From assembly GCA_049890075.1 (NCBI GenBank), contig JBMHCE010000001.1, positions 22,633-86,632 of the forward strand: DNA of 64,000 bases. Direction: 5' to 3'. The notes under the pieces were generated by a model. That model did not search any database, was not told the DNA's origin, and saw only the letters and a list, made by a program, of their open reading frames with translations. The stretch's first letter is position 1, and each line of letters opens with the position of its first letter. Shown piece by piece: positions 41,753-50,505 of this stretch. This DNA comes from Chitinophagales bacterium (GTDB lineage Bacteria; Bacteroidota; Bacteroidia; Chitinophagales; UBA8649). A program made the translations under genes and the position numbers.

Positions 41753-42000
41753 CCTTCACTGCAAACGTTGAGATCCTACCTCATCCAGAATTACTAGACC
41801 CCCAGGGAAAAGCGGTTTTACTAGGACTATCCAACTTAAATATTACGGCGATTGAAGACGTGCGTGTCGGAAAACATATTGTCTTAACCATTGAGGCGAA
41901 TTCCATGCAAGAGGCGGATGCTTTGGCTAAAGAAGCTTGTGAAAAGCTATTAGTCAACCCTATTATGGAACGCTATTCCTATGAAGTCACAGAAAACTAG
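41749..42000 (+). CDS. purS: phosphoribosylformylglycinamidine synthase subunit PurS
   Basis: 83 aa with LLDPQGKAV and a conserved PurS fold pattern. Confidence 0.8.
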   Translation: MTFTANVEILPHPELLDPQGKAVLLGLSNLNITAIEDVRVGKHIVLTIEANSMQEADALAKEACEKLLVNPIMERYSYEVTEN

Positions 42001-42664
42001 CCTATACCTTGTGCCTACTCCAATAGGCAACCTTGGTGATATTACGATTCGGGCGGTAGAAGTGCTGAAATCTGTTGATTTTATCTTGGCGGAAGATACA
42101 CGGCAGACAAACAAGCTGCTCAACCATCTTGGAATTAAAAAAAAGGTATATGCTCATCATAAGTTTAATGAGCAGGCTTCCACAAATGGCATTCTAGATT
42201 TATTGGATCAAGGGCATTCCTGTGCATTGGTTTCAGACGGCGGAAGTCCTTGCATCAGTGACCCAGGATTTTACCTTAGTCGTGCATGTATTGATAGGGA
42301 TTTCCTTATCGAGGCCTTGCCTGGTCCTACCGCTTTCGTACCGGCTTTAATGGTATCGGGTCTTCCAATGCATCAGTTTGTCTTTGAAGGGTTTCTGCCT
42401 GTAAAAAAAGGTCGCAAAACAAGACTAGACCAGCTAAAATCGGAGTATCGAACCATGATATTTTATGAATCCCCGCATCGTTTATTAAAGACATTAGGTC
42501 AATTTAATGAGGTATTTGGCCCCACACGACGCATCTCGGTGAGCCGAGAGCTCACCAAGATGTACGAAGAAACCCAGCGCGGCACCATCGAAGATGTCCT
42601 ATCAATCTTTCAGGGGCGAGATGCCATCAAAGGAGAATTCGTAATCGTCGTAGAAGGCTGCTAG
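41981..42664 (+). CDS. rsmI: 16S rRNA (cytidine1402-2'-O)-methyltransferase
   Basis: LYLVPTPIGNLGDIT, AEDTR, SDGGSPCISDPG, and YESPHR. Confidence 0.9.
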   Translation: MKSQKTSLYLVPTPIGNLGDITIRAVEVLKSVDFILAEDTRQTNKLLNHLGIKKKVYAHHKFNEQASTNGILDLLDQGHSCALVSDGGSPCISDPGFYLSRACIDRDFLIEALPGPTAFVPALMVSGLPMHQFVFEGFLPVKKGRKTRLDQLKSEYRTMIFYESPHRLLKTLGQFNEVFGPTRRISVSRELTKMYEETQRGTIEDVLSIFQGRDAIKGEFVIVVEGC

Positions 42665-43011
42665 GCAGCCGGCACTGAAACGCGTTGGACAAGAAGCCAA
42701 TCTTCTATCTGAATCTCTGTAGAAGTCCGTGTCTTGTCATTGTTGTCTTTGAAAGTGCTTTGAACAAGCTTGCCGAGGATGGCTACTTCATCACCTTTGT
42801 TGACATATTCAAAGAGATTACTTGCTGTTTTTCCCCAAGCTACTAACGAGTGCCATTGCGTGCGCTCCTGTCTTTCTCCTTTTGCATCAGTGAAATATTC
42901 GTGGACTGCTAGGCGAAAACGTATAAGTTTTTTATTGCCTTCAAATTCTTTATACTCAGGGGTGTTTCCTAGCCTTCCAATAACTTGTACCTGATTGCGT
43001 AAACGATTCAT
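42661..43011 (-). CDS. ssb: single-stranded DNA-binding protein (short, no acidic C-terminal tip)
   Basis: OB-fold pattern NQVQVIGRLGNTPE...TQWHSLVAWGKTA. 116 aa, ending in ...VSVPAA. Confidence 0.8.
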   Translation of the reverse strand: MNRLRNQVQVIGRLGNTPEYKEFEGNKKLIRFRLAVHEYFTDAKGERQERTQWHSLVAWGKTASNLFEYVNKGDEVAILGKLVQSTFKDNNDKTRTSTEIQIEDWLLVQRVSVPAA

Positions 43012-43109
43012 AATAGATAATTTTTAAATGAACAATGCCTCGAATCTAGGGGGCATTTGGACTATCTTTTAGATTATGAAGTATTGCGTATGGCTGGATT
43101 TGATTTCGG

Positions 43110-44111
43110 TTATTTCCCGATAGAATTTAGATTTATTCTGTAGAACATAGAGATTTCCCCTGTCTCGACATTGATATTTTTTACTTCGACATAGGGATTC
43201 TCATCGTCAAGATAAACATCGAGTATAGGGGCATTGTGCAAGGTGACATCAGGTCCCTCCACTCGGTTGGGAGCTCTTCCTGGGCGTTCATTTTTGTTAA
43301 TACCTGCTGCCATGATTTCGTAGGTCTTATAGTCTACATTTCCAGGACTTTCTAATACCTCTACATAATGTTGATCTCCAGTCAAAAAAAGCACGGGAAC
43401 ATCTTGACTTTCAATGAGCCCCATCAAGCGTTTTCTACTTTTCCCCAGCCGCACCATGGCCTCCCATCGCATCGGTCTATTGATTAGAATTTGGTATCCG
43501 CAGGATATAAAACGAAGGTCTACATCATCTTGTCGTAGGGCTTGCACCAAAAACTCCCATTGGTTTTCTCCTAGCGCATCCGCATTTCTTCCTGGTTTAT
43601 CTCGGTTAAAGCGCCCATCTAACTGGATAAACTGGATGGTTTTTTCGTTAAACGTAAACTGTTTAGCATAGTACACACCATCCTGATTGCTTGGTATTTC
43701 TGCTTCGAGCTCCCAAAATGACCGATGAATGTTTTTGGATTTTTCTTTTAAACTGTACTCTTTGCCTGCATTGTTTAACCCATAATCATGATCATCCCAG
43801 GTCACTACAAATTGAGAGACTTCTTTTAGAGCAGAAAACCCCTCTTTTTCCCTAAGTATCTCTAATTGATCGATGATGTATTGCGGGTTATCCTTGGTGT
43901 CGGCGTAGACATTATCACCGATCCAAACGGTTACGTCAGGTTGAAGCACTTCAGCGATGTAGGGGAGAGAAGGGGCTGGAGCGTGTTGATTGTGGCATCC
44001 GATCATTGCTATTCGCGCATCGGCATTTCCCCTTTCGTGCTGGGCTTTAATCTCTATGATTGAAGTACAGGCAAACTGAAGTGTGAAAAAAAGCAGATAG
44101 AATAGTCTCAT
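43110..44111 (-). CDS. PhoD-like / calcineurin-like metallophosphoesterase (exported)
   Basis: Signal peptide, then GDNVYAD, WDDHDYG and LTGDQHY metal-ligand motifs. Confidence 0.65.
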   Translation of the reverse strand: MRLFYLLFFTLQFACTSIIEIKAQHERGNADARIAMIGCHNQHAPAPSLPYIAEVLQPDVTVWIGDNVYADTKDNPQYIIDQLEILREKEGFSALKEVSQFVVTWDDHDYGLNNAGKEYSLKEKSKNIHRSFWELEAEIPSNQDGVYYAKQFTFNEKTIQFIQLDGRFNRDKPGRNADALGENQWEFLVQALRQDDVDLRFISCGYQILINRPMRWEAMVRLGKSRKRLMGLIESQDVPVLFLTGDQHYVEVLESPGNVDYKTYEIMAAGINKNERPGRAPNRVEGPDVTLHNAPILDVYLDDENPYVEVKNINVETGEISMFYRINLNSIGK

Positions 44112-44129
44112 ACAGGTATTGACGCCAGA

Positions 44130-47100
44130 TTAAAAGGTTTGATTAAATCCAAAGACTAATCGAGGATAGATGTTTTGATTTCCAGTACCTGGATCGGAGA
44201 CCCAAAAAGGACAATCTATGCGAAAGGTAAACGGTTTTAGATTGTAGAGTTTAAAGAAGCGTTTCCATGTCAGGGCCAGACCTAATCCAGCATCAGCGTA
44301 GATTGCAGACCAGTTTCTTCCACGAGCCGTTGGATCACTATTGATTAGTCCCGCATCGGCAAAAAGGTATACGTTGGCCTCGTAGTTTCTTCGAAGTTTA
44401 CTGTTTTTTATGTTAATCAAACGATCAAAACTTAACTCGGACGAAACACTTAACCCCGACCGTCCCGAAACTAAGCTCTGTCCCGATTCATCCGTTACTA
44501 ATCGACCTGCATAACCTCTAAGATTCATGCCTCCAGCATAATGAAAGCCTGTAGTGGAGTTGTTTTGGTAAGGCCCGATTTCTTGTTGAGGATAGAATCC
44601 AACGCTTCGGACAAACTTGTTATCCATCATGGATTCGGGATTCCCACCTGCTAGGTATACGGCGCTTTCAGGCGGTGTTTTTCCAAAACCGAAGCGACTG
44701 TAAAGACGATTTTTCCAATCAAATTTTCCGATTTTCATATGATCAGTAAACGTCGCTTCGAGGTATTGGTAATTCCAGTCAGGCGTCATAGAAACCCTTC
44801 CTGATAGTTTGAGTTGGCTTTTGCCCGGCCGTGCCTTTCGGAAATCTTCGGAGGTATACTGCAGGTTAAGTCCTGCATTCCAGGCGCCACTGACCCACCA
44901 AGCACCTTGCTCTGGGTTTTGAAGGTAGGATAGGTCTTCTTCATTGGGCCTAATCATAGCAAAGCCTTCTAACCTGAGCGTTCCTTTTCCATGAAGCTCC
45001 TTTTGAATGCCAAGGCGTTGATCAATAAGCCCATCTAGGTATTTTGACTTGACATAGGCGGTTGCGCCGTCGATAAATTCATAAACTGGCGTTGCGTAAG
45101 AAAGTCTGTAGTTAATCCCTTGGTATGCTCTTCTGCTATTTAAGAATGCAGGGCCCCCTTGATAGGAACGCTGCAGGGTTGGCCAAGAAAGATTACCCCA
45201 GATTGTGAAATCAAAAAAGCGTTTTCGTCGCATATAGTTTCCTTCTACATGGAGTCCAAGCTTAAGTCCATCTACACCGTTCCACCATAGGTCGGGACGC
45301 CATTCCATAATGTAATGTTTACGGCTAGGGAAGTTATAGACGTGGCTGTTAAAGCGCCAAATAGTGTTTCTTTTTAGCCTGTTGTTAAAGGCATTGATGT
45401 CGGCCAAGCGGTTTGTTGTATCAATCGTTGCATTGGCGAGTTTATCCTCAAGTTCTACGGTAAAACTGTAGGTAGGGTGAAGCTTATCCCACCCGGTCCA
45501 CTTAGGAAGTATTGTGGCTTCTGTGGACTTTTCAAAATATTGGTTAGGAATGTGAAAATCATAGGTCGTACCCGATTGGTCCTTTAGTTGAAGATCTATC
45601 GGCATTTGCATCCTTCCATGACGCTCTAGGGTAATGGTGTAGGTGTTTTCGGCTGTTTCTTTTTTCGAAGAAATACTGTAGTCGATGCTTTTGTTGGTTT
45701 CAATCCACTGATCAAAGAACCAATTCAAATCAACGCCCGTGAAGTCAATGATGGAGTGTCGGAAGTCCTCGGGATAAGGGTGAGCATAGGACCACTGGTC
45801 AAAATAGTGTTGCATTGCCGCCAAAAACAAGGAATCGCCTAAAACATATTGAAGATTATAAAGCATCACCGCAGTCTTATAATAGACATGACCATATCCC
45901 CCGCCATGACGAAGTGCTCCATCAAATCCATCACTATGCGTATTCAATTGAGGGTCTTGTCCGAGGGTAGCGTCCATCATATATCCGATATATACCTCGC
46001 CTTCACGGGCCTCTACTGGCTCCTTAAATTTTCGGAGGTATGGTGTTGATGGTGTATTCGTTACATAGTTAACACCATCGATGGCTTCAAGGCCCCAAGC
46101 CGTTAGAAATTGGGTGAATCCTTCATCCATCATGGCCCGATAGGTCTCGTTATTGGCAACCATTCCATAGAACCAGTTATGCCCCACTTCGTGAACTAGA
46201 AGATCGCGATATCCAGGATCTTTGTCACCATCCAAGGTGAGCATTGGATACTCCATGCCATCGCGAGCATCGGCTACGATCATCTTTGGGTAACCGTACA
46301 TACCAATGTCCTCGGAAAATACCTGAATAATGGCTGCGGTGTATTCCGCTGCATTTTGCCATCGACTACTGTGTGGCTCTTGACAGAGGGCATAGGTTTT
46401 TACTCCTTGCCACTCCGATTCTCCTATTCGATAGTGAGGGTTTGCGGTGAAGGCAAAATCATGCACATTTTCCGCATAGTAATGCCACTGCTTGCGCTCG
46501 CCTTCAACATAGGGAGTAATGGTCGATGGCGCTTCGCCCCAAGGCTTGTCTTTGAAATTTTCAATATCAAGTTTTGCTCTGAGTTCTGCTGGTAATACTT
46601 CATCGCGGTTTTGTAAAAAACCGGTTGCTCCAACTACGTAGTTGGAAGGAAAATCCAAGGTAACATCAAAGGTTCCGAAGTCTCCATAAAATTCTCGACT
46701 GAGGTGCTGGTCAACATTCCATCCAAACTTCTCGTCATATACAGCAATTCTTGGATACCAATGAGCTCCGTTGAATTGAATGGCTCCGTAAGAGTTAAAG
46801 AGCTTCATTCGGCGACGACTGCTTCCAAAACCATAGAATGTTTGAAAATCAAAATGTAGGGTAATTCCATCATTGGGAAGCAATGGCTCATTGAGGTGCA
46901 CAAATAATATGGTATTATCCATTGAAGTATCTACAACATCTCCGTTAACTCGCATATTGCTTACAACCGTTCCGAGACCCATTTCCTCATAATCGCTGTA
47001 GATTGGATCGACGCCATTATTCTTTTGAAGATTGTCATAATATGCTCCTGGTTGAAAAGCGTTTTGGTAAAGATGAAATGCCACTGTGCTCAGAGTATCT

Positions 47101-47354
47101 GGTGAATTATTGGTGTACACTAATTCAGTTGTGGCCTCAATGAAATACCGTTTTTCGTCAATCCTCGCCGTCATGGTGTAATGCACATCCTGTTGCCAAT
47201 ACCCTGGTTTTATCGATTTGTTTTTCCAATAGTTAGGGTTTGATTCACTAGCAAATGAGTTCGGCCCAGCATTTGGATTATAATCCTGGCCAACGGAATA
47301 CTCAGTGGCGAAAAATGTAAAGGCGAGAAGGAAGTATTTATGTAAACAGCGCAT
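44130..47354 (-). CDS. M1-family zinc metallopeptidase fused to a C-terminal Omp85-type outer-membrane beta-barrel
   Basis: Signal peptide. GMEYP exopeptidase-type motif at aa 366-370, and H388-EVGH-x18-E411 (codons checked at 46179..46193). The C-terminal ~400 aa have a GGMNLRGY loop-6-like motif and a terminal ...LVFGFNQTF beta-signal. Confidence 0.7.
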   Translation of the reverse strand: MRCLHKYFLLAFTFFATEYSVGQDYNPNAGPNSFASESNPNYWKNKSIKPGYWQQDVHYTMTARIDEKRYFIEATTELVYTNNSPDTLSTVAFHLYQNAFQPGAYYDNLQKNNGVDPIYSDYEEMGLGTVVSNMRVNGDVVDTSMDNTILFVHLNEPLLPNDGITLHFDFQTFYGFGSSRRRMKLFNSYGAIQFNGAHWYPRIAVYDEKFGWNVDQHLSREFYGDFGTFDVTLDFPSNYVVGATGFLQNRDEVLPAELRAKLDIENFKDKPWGEAPSTITPYVEGERKQWHYYAENVHDFAFTANPHYRIGESEWQGVKTYALCQEPHSSRWQNAAEYTAAIIQVFSEDIGMYGYPKMIVADARDGMEYPMLTLDGDKDPGYRDLLVHEVGHNWFYGMVANNETYRAMMDEGFTQFLTAWGLEAIDGVNYVTNTPSTPYLRKFKEPVEAREGEVYIGYMMDATLGQDPQLNTHSDGFDGALRHGGGYGHVYYKTAVMLYNLQYVLGDSLFLAAMQHYFDQWSYAHPYPEDFRHSIIDFTGVDLNWFFDQWIETNKSIDYSISSKKETAENTYTITLERHGRMQMPIDLQLKDQSGTTYDFHIPNQYFEKSTEATILPKWTGWDKLHPTYSFTVELEDKLANATIDTTNRLADINAFNNRLKRNTIWRFNSHVYNFPSRKHYIMEWRPDLWWNGVDGLKLGLHVEGNYMRRKRFFDFTIWGNLSWPTLQRSYQGGPAFLNSRRAYQGINYRLSYATPVYEFIDGATAYVKSKYLDGLIDQRLGIQKELHGKGTLRLEGFAMIRPNEEDLSYLQNPEQGAWWVSGAWNAGLNLQYTSEDFRKARPGKSQLKLSGRVSMTPDWNYQYLEATFTDHMKIGKFDWKNRLYSRFGFGKTPPESAVYLAGGNPESMMDNKFVRSVGFYPQQEIGPYQNNSTTGFHYAGGMNLRGYAGRLVTDESGQSLVSGRSGLSVSSELSFDRLINIKNSKLRRNYEANVYLFADAGLINSDPTARGRNWSAIYADAGLGLALTWKRFFKLYNLKPFTFRIDCPFWVSDPGTGNQNIYPRLVFGFNQTF

Positions 47355-47391
47355 AATAATTGACTCTTAGTAAACCACCACAAGGTAAACA

Positions 47392-48525
47392 ATGCCAGAT
47401 TCACCAGAAAACAGATTGTATAGAATTCAACGGGCGATTGAATTACAGGCAGTGGAAGGTATTGGCCTTGTCTATGCGCGTCGGCTATGGGAGCATCTAG
47501 GTCCTTTAGAACACTGGAAAGAGGTTGATTTTACCATGGTACAACACAAACAAAGCCACACTTGGCACAACCATCTTATAAAGCTTGAGCGTCAAGGGTA
47601 TGCCAATCGCCAACTTGAAATACTCCATCAATACAAGTGGCAAGTAGTGTTAATCGATGATAAGGAGTATCCTCCGTATCTACGTCATTTGGTCGATGCT
47701 CCCTTGTTATTATTTGTCAAGGGCAATCCATTGCAACTTTTGCGCCAACACATCGCTATTGTGGGTACGAGGAAACCATCAAAGCAGGGTCTCTTAGTTT
47801 GTGAACAGATTGTGCATTCCATTGCCTCCTCAGAGTACAAGAATGGATGGAGTGTTGTCAGTGGTCTTGCGCGCGGCGTCGATGGACAGGCGCACAAAAC
47901 GGCCATCTCTGAGCTACTTTGTACCCTTGCCATTTTAGGGAATCCACCACAGCATATCTATCCCCCTGAGCACTTAGGTTTAGCTGAAGACATTGTATCT
48001 AATGAAGGACTTCTCGTAACAGAGTTTCTACCTGATGTAATCTCTCGGCCTTATCACTTTGCGCAAAGAAACCGTGTGATTGGGGGTATGGCTCGATTGA
48101 CTATTGTTATTGAGAGTGCGCTAAAGGGTGGCGCGCTTATCACAGCGCGAAGAGCCTATGAGGAAAATCGCGATGTTTTTGCTGTGCCTGGTCGGTGCAG
48201 TGATACAAGCAGTCTTGGATGCAATCGCTTAATTGCTCAAAACATAGCTCAACTTATCGAAGATCCCAAAACATTTTGGTCGTCCTATGTATCGTGTATA
48301 CAATATGGTAAGACAGAAGGGATGTCATCATTAAGTGTTGAAGCCCAAGCGGTATTAGATTATATTGCTCAATGTGGCAAGGTAAGCCTAGAGGCTCTAG
48401 TTAACATGTTTGGCAATCAATTTCCTGTATGCGAAACCTTATTGGAGTTGGAAACATCAAGAATTGTATCTTTCCAAAAAGGCGGATATTATTCACTCTA
48501 TGGGCCAAAAACGTCATTCACGTAA
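47392..48525 (+). CDS. dprA: DNA-processing protein DprA
   Basis: Rossmann-like core with GTRKPS, SGLARGVDGQAH and ESALKGGALITA. Confidence 0.85.
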   Translation: MPDSPENRLYRIQRAIELQAVEGIGLVYARRLWEHLGPLEHWKEVDFTMVQHKQSHTWHNHLIKLERQGYANRQLEILHQYKWQVVLIDDKEYPPYLRHLVDAPLLLFVKGNPLQLLRQHIAIVGTRKPSKQGLLVCEQIVHSIASSEYKNGWSVVSGLARGVDGQAHKTAISELLCTLAILGNPPQHIYPPEHLGLAEDIVSNEGLLVTEFLPDVISRPYHFAQRNRVIGGMARLTIVIESALKGGALITARRAYEENRDVFAVPGRCSDTSSLGCNRLIAQNIAQLIEDPKTFWSSYVSCIQYGKTEGMSSLSVEAQAVLDYIAQCGKVSLEALVNMFGNQFPVCETLLELETSRIVSFQKGGYYSLYGPKTSFT

Positions 48526-49627
48526 TCTTCTTTTGCTACCCTTGTCGCTTTTCTATGCGATTGGCATAGCGCTGCGTGATTTAGCTTTTCGTTGGGGAAT
48601 CAACTCAATTATCGATTATGAAATGCCCATTATAGGAGTTGGCAATCTAACGGTTGGAGGCAGTGGTAAAACACCGCATACCTTTTACCTATTGCATCAC
48701 CTCACTCAAAAAGGTCTTCCTACGGCTTATCTGAGTCGTGGCTATGGCAGAAAGAGTACAGGATATCGTGATGTTAGTTTACAATCTTCTGTAGAAAATA
48801 GCGGTGATGAAGCCTTACTAGCCAAGCATAGATTTCCGCACACCAGGGTGGTTGTTTCCGAAAGCAGAAGCCAAGCTATACCTGATGTGTACCATGGAAG
48901 GCCTGTACAACAAGTGACAGTATTGGATGACGCGTTTCAGCATAGAAGTATTAAACCGGGGCTTCAGGTTTTACTCACTCGATATGATATGCTGTTTTGT
49001 GAGGACTATCTGTTACCGTATGGCAGATTAAGGGAGTTTCGCAGTGGATACCACAGGGCGGATGTACTGGTAGTTTCGAAGTGCCCTGAAGGCATTGGAC
49101 TCGAAAAGCAAAATGAAATCCGTGACCGTTTACGACCTCTGTCCTATCAATATGTCTGTTTTACCACAGTAGACTACAACATCCCATATCTGGTAACCGC
49201 TCATAGTGCGGAAGCTCTATCTCAGTGTCCTAAACCTCTCTTGGCGATAGCAGGCTTAGCAGACAACTCCGATTTTTTTGAATACATGCAATCGATGCAT
49301 CCTTCGGTTAGTTGTCGGGGATTTCAAGACCATCATGCATATTCTACCTATGATATTGAGTCTATTCTAGAGACAAAACGTCACCTTGAAGCCAAAGGAA
49401 GTGAGGCCATTTATGAAATTCATACAACAGAAAAGGATTTGATGCGCCTTAAAGATCACATACACCGCTTAGAGAAAAATGGTGTTCGGCTGATTGTCCA
49501 TCCGGTGGAAGTTCGAGATGTCACCCTTAAAGGTCCTTTACTTCTTGAGCTTGTTGACCATTATACAGATTATGCGGTACAGCAGGCAACGAATGCATTT
49601 CCTGAGTCACCATCGCCCGATGCATAG
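48500..49627 (+). CDS. lpxK: tetraacyldisaccharide 4'-kinase
   Basis: P-loop VGNLTVGGSGKTP. The internal Met (MGQKR) is chosen as start, giving a 26-nt overlap with dprA. Confidence 0.85.
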   Translation: MGQKRHSRNLLLLPLSLFYAIGIALRDLAFRWGINSIIDYEMPIIGVGNLTVGGSGKTPHTFYLLHHLTQKGLPTAYLSRGYGRKSTGYRDVSLQSSVENSGDEALLAKHRFPHTRVVVSESRSQAIPDVYHGRPVQQVTVLDDAFQHRSIKPGLQVLLTRYDMLFCEDYLLPYGRLREFRSGYHRADVLVVSKCPEGIGLEKQNEIRDRLRPLSYQYVCFTTVDYNIPYLVTAHSAEALSQCPKPLLAIAGLADNSDFFEYMQSMHPSVSCRGFQDHHAYSTYDIESILETKRHLEAKGSEAIYEIHTTEKDLMRLKDHIHRLEKNGVRLIVHPVEVRDVTLKGPLLLELVDHYTDYAVQQATNAFPESPSPDA

Positions 49628-49680
49628 AAATACATGGACTGGAGGCGAGGTACTAACCTTTCAAAGCGTATTTTTATAGT

Positions 49681-50505
49681 ATGGAATTGTATACTCAGAT
49701 TGAAGAAACAAGACAGTGGCTTGAAGAAAATATTCAGGTCAAGCCTAAATGGGGTATTATCCTCGGCAGTGGGCTTGGTGGGCTAGTTCGTTTAATCGAA
49801 AATGCTCAGCGTATTGAGTATAAGGATATCCCACATTTTAAGAGTTCTTCAGTAAAGGGACATCAAGGGGCCCTCATTTTTGGTCAACTTGAAGGAGTGG
49901 ATGTAGTCTTAATGGCTGGTAGACTTCACTATTATGAAGGGCATTCCATGAAGGAGGTTACCTATCCCGTTCGCGTAATGAAAGCACTTGGTTGTCATTC
50001 TGTTGCCGTTTCAAATGCTGCAGGTGGAGTACAAGAGGGAATGCGAGTTGGAGATCTAATGATCATTAATGATCATATCAATGCTACACCCGAAAGTCCT
50101 TTACGCGGAGTGAATGACGATAGACTTGGACCTCGGTTTCCAGAAATGATCGAACCTTATGACAAGGAATATATTAAGACCGTACATAGCATTGCTACAA
50201 AGGAAACGATTGATGTAAAAGAAGGAGTCTATTATGGCTTATCAGGCCCAACGTTCGAAACGCCAGCAGAATATCGAATGATCTATCGATTGGGTGGGGA
50301 CGCAGTGGGTATGTCTACGGTGCCAGAAGTCGTTGTTGCCCGACATGGGGGTATGCGTGTCTTCGGGTTGTCGGTTATAACAGATATCGGATATCCTCCT
50401 GAAAATGTCGAACACGTTGATCATGAATTCGTTTTAAAAGCTGCCCAGGAAGCTGGGTATAGGGTGGAAACACTCTTTCGAGGTTTGATCCGTGCTCATG
50501 GTTAA
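49681..50505 (+). CDS. purine-nucleoside phosphorylase (trimeric PNP type)
   Basis: ILGSGLG, GRLHYYEG, GPTFETPAE, and GMSTVPE. Confidence 0.9.
   Translation: MELYTQIEETRQWLEENIQVKPKWGIILGSGLGGLVRLIENAQRIEYKDIPHFKSSSVKGHQGALIFGQLEGVDVVLMAGRLHYYEGHSMKEVTYPVRVMKALGCHSVAVSNAAGGVQEGMRVGDLMIINDHINATPESPLRGVNDDRLGPRFPEMIEPYDKEYIKTVHSIATKETIDVKEGVYYGLSGPTFETPAEYRMIYRLGGDAVGMSTVPEVVVARHGGMRVFGLSVITDIGYPPENVEHVDHEFVLKAAQEAGYRVETLFRGLIRAHG

Noticed and set aside
43034-43057. The inverted repeat AATGCC-n12-GGCATT between ssb and the PhoD-like gene, considered as a terminator.
   Set aside because: It has only a 6-bp stem, a 12-nt loop and no adjacent U-tract on the relevant strand, so it is too weak to call.
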